Shown here piece by piece: positions 60,510-64,000 of a stretch of 64,000 nucleotides of DNA. Every line of letters begins with the position of its first letter. Position 1 is the stretch's first letter. The translations under genes and the position numbers were made by a program. The notes beneath the pieces were generated by a model, which saw only the letters and a list, made by a program, of their open reading frames with translations, was not told where the DNA came from and ran no database searches. The stretch is from Nitrospirota bacterium (GTDB lineage Bacteria; Nitrospirota; Thermodesulfovibrionia; Thermodesulfovibrionales; JdFR-85): the NCBI GenBank assembly GCA_013152485.1, contig JAADGG010000050.1, positions 10,090-74,089 of the forward strand, written 5' to 3'.

Positions 60510-62759
60510 CTATTTTTTTTCCAGACAAATAACGCCCTCCCATGGCTCTGGAGGCGGATTTCTCCTGTAACGGGATATCAACTCGATATAGAAACCGGAC
60601 GGGCCGTCTTCTCCGTGTTTTCTTATTATATCATCAAACCTCTCCATTGCATATTCCCACTGCCTGCGTCTGAAGGCGTCAAGGGCCTCGGCAAAACTCG
60701 AACATATGGCTCGCTGTCTTTCCGTCACCCTGTCGACGCGGTTCACCAGTTCAAACACCTTGACCGGTTTTGCCTTGCCGTAGAGGAGAAACGTACCGAG
60801 TTCCCTCGTCTGGATTCCCCCGACGTCCTTTACCGTCTCTTCAGAGGCGAGCAGGTATGTGCCGAGGTGCTTGTTCAGGCCCTCTATGCGCGCCGTGGTA
60901 TTGACGATATCCCCGATGGGGCGGTACTCGTAGTGATCAATCGCACCGATGTTTCCAAGCAGAAAACTGCCGAAGTGCAGACCTACCCTTGTCGATATCC
61001 TGATACCTTCCGAGGAGCGGTTGAACCCCCTCACCGCATCGGCCAGGTCGATCGCAGCGAGGCATGCATTCTCCCTCTGCAGCTTATCGGGGCCGGCCGA
61101 GACCCACAAGGCGAGCATCGAGTCGGCGAAGACGTTTGATACAACACCGCCGTAACGTTTCACGGGACCGAATATGGTTTCATAATACCGCTGAATGAAC
61201 CTGCCGAGCTCGTCCGGCTCCATCGACTCCGACAGTGACGTGTAGTGTTCGAGGTCGGTATACAGACACGTGCCGCTGACCACCCGGCCCTCTGCACTGA
61301 CGTCACTCATATCCCTTATCAACGCATCCACGATCTCCTCGGGCAGGTAGTAGCTGATCGCCCTCCTGATCTTACGCTTCTCCCTGCCCGCATCGACGTG
61401 TTTCCATATAACAGCCCCGAAGAGAGACGCAGGTGACTGTATCAGGCAGGGCACCACGAGAGGATACCAGGAACCGTCGACGCTGAACCTGTCCAGTGCA
61501 AGATATACATACAGCACATTGATGGCTGCAATGAAGACCGCCGCAGGGATAAAGGGCAGGACAAAGGCCGCCAGGCCGAGGAGCAACCCGAAAGTGACGG
61601 CCACAGCGGCAAGCAGTGACACGTCCGCCGGCCTGACGTGCATATCCTCGAGTATGTTTGCAAATGCAGTCGCCGCAATCTCCACACCGTTCAGGTCCAA
61701 ACCGTCGGAAGTGGTGAAGACGGTATAGAAGCCGTCTTTCTGCAGGTACGGCAGAGTCTCTGCCTGCCCGACGAAAACCACCTTACCTCTGAAGTCCATC
61801 ACTTCGTCATCACCGTCCCCCCCTCCTCCGGACATGTACAACACCTTGTGATAGGGCACTGTTGTGACGGTCCTGGAAGGACCGTAGAAGTTGAGATACC
61901 GACTGTCGGGCCCCTGATACATCCTTATCAGTGCCGTCAGTATCCGTCTCTTACGCGGATCCGGGAAACCGTTCAACTCTGCAAGCATCGAATCCGCCAC
62001 GCCGGGATTCTTCCGGAAGACTTCCCTGACGGCGGTGACGAGTTCAACGACCCGTCCGGAGTCCAGGATCTCATCCTTGTCGAGAGACAGCACGCCCGGG
62101 TCACCACGATAGTGCCTCCTGAGCAGGGACACGAACTCGTCATGCACCTGAAACGCATACACCTGAAATGCCACAACAGGGAGGGTGGGCGTATCACCGG
62201 CCGACGTCTTGAACGTCCAGTACTGGTTTACACGGAAAGGCAGCTTGGGCAGAGGGAAAGGTGCCAAGGCCGCTGCGTGCCTTGCAAGGGGAGGGATCGG
62301 CGGGACCAGTTCCTCTATATCCAGCCTTGCCGAAAAACCGCCGTTCGGTTTTCCGAAGGGGACGATCTCCTTCTTAAGGAATTCACAGAAGACTACATTG
62401 CGGGCCTTGCGCACTGCTTCCGCAAAGACACGGTCGTTCCACGGATCACTCTCCTCGTCAAAGGTTACATCAAAGACGATGACTTCCGCCCCGGCACTCA
62501 CAAGGTTCTCTATGACCCTGGCATGAAGCGCACGGGGCCAGTCAACGGGACGGTTCGGCAGGTTCAGCACATCGGAAGATGCCTTGTCGATGTTCACGAC
62601 AACGACATCAGGAGGAGCCTCCCTCTTCCCCCGCAGCTTGAACAGCATGGAGAGCCCGAGACTCTCCTCCATGGAATGCCCGAATGCCGTCAGGCTCAGG
62701 ACGATTCCCAGAACCCCGGCAACCAGCCCCAGAACGACCGATTTCAATAGCTTGGACAT
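60510..62759 (-). CDS. CHASE2-sensor class III adenylate/guanylate cyclase
   Basis: 749 aa: N-terminal TM, a ~330-aa periplasmic CHASE2-like region (VVVVNIDKAS...VIVFDVTF), then three TMs. The cyclase domain shows the metal Asp residues (YTDLEHYT, ADSMLALW) and GDIVNTTARIEG. Confidence 0.88.
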   Translation of the reverse strand: MSKLLKSVVLGLVAGVLGIVLSLTAFGHSMEESLGLSMLFKLRGKREAPPDVVVVNIDKASSDVLNLPNRPVDWPRALHARVIENLVSAGAEVIVFDVTFDEESDPWNDRVFAEAVRKARNVVFCEFLKKEIVPFGKPNGGFSARLDIEELVPPIPPLARHAAALAPFPLPKLPFRVNQYWTFKTSAGDTPTLPVVAFQVYAFQVHDEFVSLLRRHYRGDPGVLSLDKDEILDSGRVVELVTAVREVFRKNPGVADSMLAELNGFPDPRKRRILTALIRMYQGPDSRYLNFYGPSRTVTTVPYHKVLYMSGGGGDGDDEVMDFRGKVVFVGQAETLPYLQKDGFYTVFTTSDGLDLNGVEIAATAFANILEDMHVRPADVSLLAAVAVTFGLLLGLAAFVLPFIPAAVFIAAINVLYVYLALDRFSVDGSWYPLVVPCLIQSPASLFGAVIWKHVDAGREKRKIRRAISYYLPEEIVDALIRDMSDVSAEGRVVSGTCLYTDLEHYTSLSESMEPDELGRFIQRYYETIFGPVKRYGGVVSNVFADSMLALWVSAGPDKLQRENACLAAIDLADAVRGFNRSSEGIRISTRVGLHFGSFLLGNIGAIDHYEYRPIGDIVNTTARIEGLNKHLGTYLLASEETVKDVGGIQTRELGTFLLYGKAKPVKVFELVNRVDRVTERQRAICSSFAEALDAFRRRQWEYAMERFDDIIRKHGEDGPSGFYIELISRYRRNPPPEPWEGVICLEKK

Positions 62760-63010
62760 CTGTCAGTTGTCATGCCGCAGTGACCCGTATGGAGAAAAAA
62801 AACCGATATGATATACTATTCAAATTACAGAGCCTGTGCTCATCGACCATATTTCTTGATGCTCATACCGGGGAGATCGATATCGTCTGTAAGACGCTCA
62901 AGATGTTAAGGTATCATATGGGGATTTTGATGTCAAGGAAGCATTGCGCTCCACGGGCAGGCTGAAGCGGCCGAGAAAGAACAGGAAACGTACCGGTTCA
63001 CAGCAAAGGA

Positions 63011-63766
63011 TTGTCACTGTCACCGGACCATGACCCGAGACAGGGGACCCAGGAATGCTACAATGATCTTGAAGGAAACAAACGCCTTGTCGGTAAGTTT
63101 CTGAAGAGGGTTCCGGCGTTCAGAAGCCTCTCCGACAAACGCATAAACCAGCTGATCAACGACTTCACCATCCATACCTTTCATGCAGGTGAAACAGTAT
63201 TCTACCAGACCGACAACAGTACGGACCTGTACATAATCCTCGAGGGCGGTGTCAAGGTGACGCTGCTGAGTGAAGAGGGAGAGGAGTTCGTCCTGGCAGA
63301 CCTGCATCAGGGAGACTTCTTCGGGGAAATGAGTCTCATTGACGGCAAACCGCGTTCTGCATCCGTTATTGCGGACGAGGACTCGACCTTCGCGGTCCTG
63401 GAGAGAAAAAGGTTTCTCGAGGCAATAAAACATGACCCCGAGATCGCCATCGATCTCCTGAAATCCCTGGTGGAGAGACTGAGAAACGCAACAGAGAGAG
63501 AGGAAAGCCTCGCATTCCTGGCAGTACAGCAAAGGCTCGTCAGGCTGTTCATGAAACTGGCGAAAGACGAGGGAATGAAGACGGCGGAGGGCTCCTATGT
63601 CGTCAAGAAACGGACTCACAAGGAGATCGCTGAAAGGGTCGGGGCATCAAGGGAGTCCATATCGAAGGTCATGAAAAGGCTGATCTCGAACAAGAGGATA
63701 ATCGAGGACGGAGACAGATTTCTGATCTCTCGCGACCTGTTCGAAGACCTTGATGTTCAAGGCTGA
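63011..63766 (+). CDS. Crp/Fnr-family cyclic-nucleotide-binding transcriptional regulator
   Basis: cNMP-binding motif (FFGEMSLIDGKPRSASVIA) and C-terminal HTH (THKEIAERVGASRESISKVMKRL). No in-frame ATG lies near the 5' end, so the TTG 63011 start is uncertain. Confidence 0.85.
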   Translation: MSLSPDHDPRQGTQECYNDLEGNKRLVGKFLKRVPAFRSLSDKRINQLINDFTIHTFHAGETVFYQTDNSTDLYIILEGGVKVTLLSEEGEEFVLADLHQGDFFGEMSLIDGKPRSASVIADEDSTFAVLERKRFLEAIKHDPEIAIDLLKSLVERLRNATEREESLAFLAVQQRLVRLFMKLAKDEGMKTAEGSYVVKKRTHKEIAERVGASRESISKVMKRLISNKRIIEDGDRFLISRDLFEDLDVQG

Positions 63767-63805
63767 GCACATCAAGTCTTCAGCGGCTCCCGCAGGCGGC
63801 CTCCG

Positions 63806-64000
63806 TCAGCGCCCCGGTCCTGTTTCCGTTATCATACCTCCACCGAGCACAACGTCCCCGTTGTAGAAGACCGCACTCTGTCCGGGAGCGGGGGCCCACT
63901 GGGGCTCGTCAAAGATCAACCTTACCGAACCGTTCTCCTCTGTCACGAGCACCGCAGGCTCATCCTTCATCATGGACCGTATCTTCGCCGTAACCCTCTC
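63806..64000 (-). CDS. mnmA: C-terminal fragment of tRNA 2-thiouridylase MnmA (5' end lies outside the window)
   Basis: Reverse translation is ...[68 protein letters not shown]....PGQ.AVFY.G..VLGGG.I is the conserved MnmA C-terminus. Confidence 0.7.
   Translation of the reverse strand, partial: ERVTAKIRSMMKDEPAVLVTEENGSVRLIFDEPQWAPAPGQSAVFYNGDVVLGGGMITETGPGR

Noticed and set aside
62927-62936. TTGATGTCAA palindrome in the cyclase/crp divergent region as a Crp/Fnr box
   Set aside because: The half-sites are separated by 2 nt. Crp-type sites (TGTGA-N6-TCACA) and Fnr-type sites (TTGAT-N4-ATCAA) have different spacing. It cannot be called a binding site without experimental or comparative support.

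Overview
This is a gene-dense 64-kb chromosomal window from a flagellated diderm bacterium. Codon usage favours AGG/AGA/ATA and GC looks moderately high by eye; the lineage cannot be fixed without a database search.

Gene content, left to right:
- M23 peptidase fragment, bactofilin and a MoeA-PBP fusion
- a GT4 glycosyltransferase and GH15 hydrolase pair
- a flagellar regulatory block (sigma-54 response regulator, TPR protein, histidine kinase, second sigma-54 response regulator), then flgBC-fliEFGHIJ-(MgtE_N-type gene)-fliK-flgDE
- on the minus strand: mtaD-carB-(membrane ORF)-carA, a monohaem cytochrome-porin gene, pyrC-pyrB-pyrR, and an F1/b-b' ATP synthase operon (atpF'FHAGDC)
- a ferredoxin, copA-hypE, a SurA-like PPIase, thiD and radA
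- an ExeA-like ATPase with a large TPR protein
- larC, hisH, folK and an aminotransferase
- a minus-strand cluster of a CHASE2 nucleotide cyclase, a FecR-TPR-beta-barrel fusion, a 71-aa Trp/Cys-rich peptide and a two-CW protein, divergent from a Crp/Fnr regulator
- an mnmA fragment at the right edge

I saw no rRNA, tRNA, CRISPR array, transposase or integrase.

Most unusual observations:
1. The CHASE2/FecR-barrel/peptide/two-CW/Crp cluster may be an undescribed trans-envelope cyclic-nucleotide signalling module.
2. The same heptanucleotide tandem repeat (TTGARTC)n sits in-frame inside both carA and pyrC.
3. A Cyc2-like cytochrome-porin gene, insulated by terminators, interrupts the pyrimidine cluster.
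4. A 153-nt multi-hairpin element closed by a 21-bp stem lies in the 535-bp gap before the GT4 gene.
5. Near-consensus sigma-54 promoters sit almost on top of the start codons of the TPR gene and fliK.

All functional calls rest on motif recognition by eye. No searches were run.
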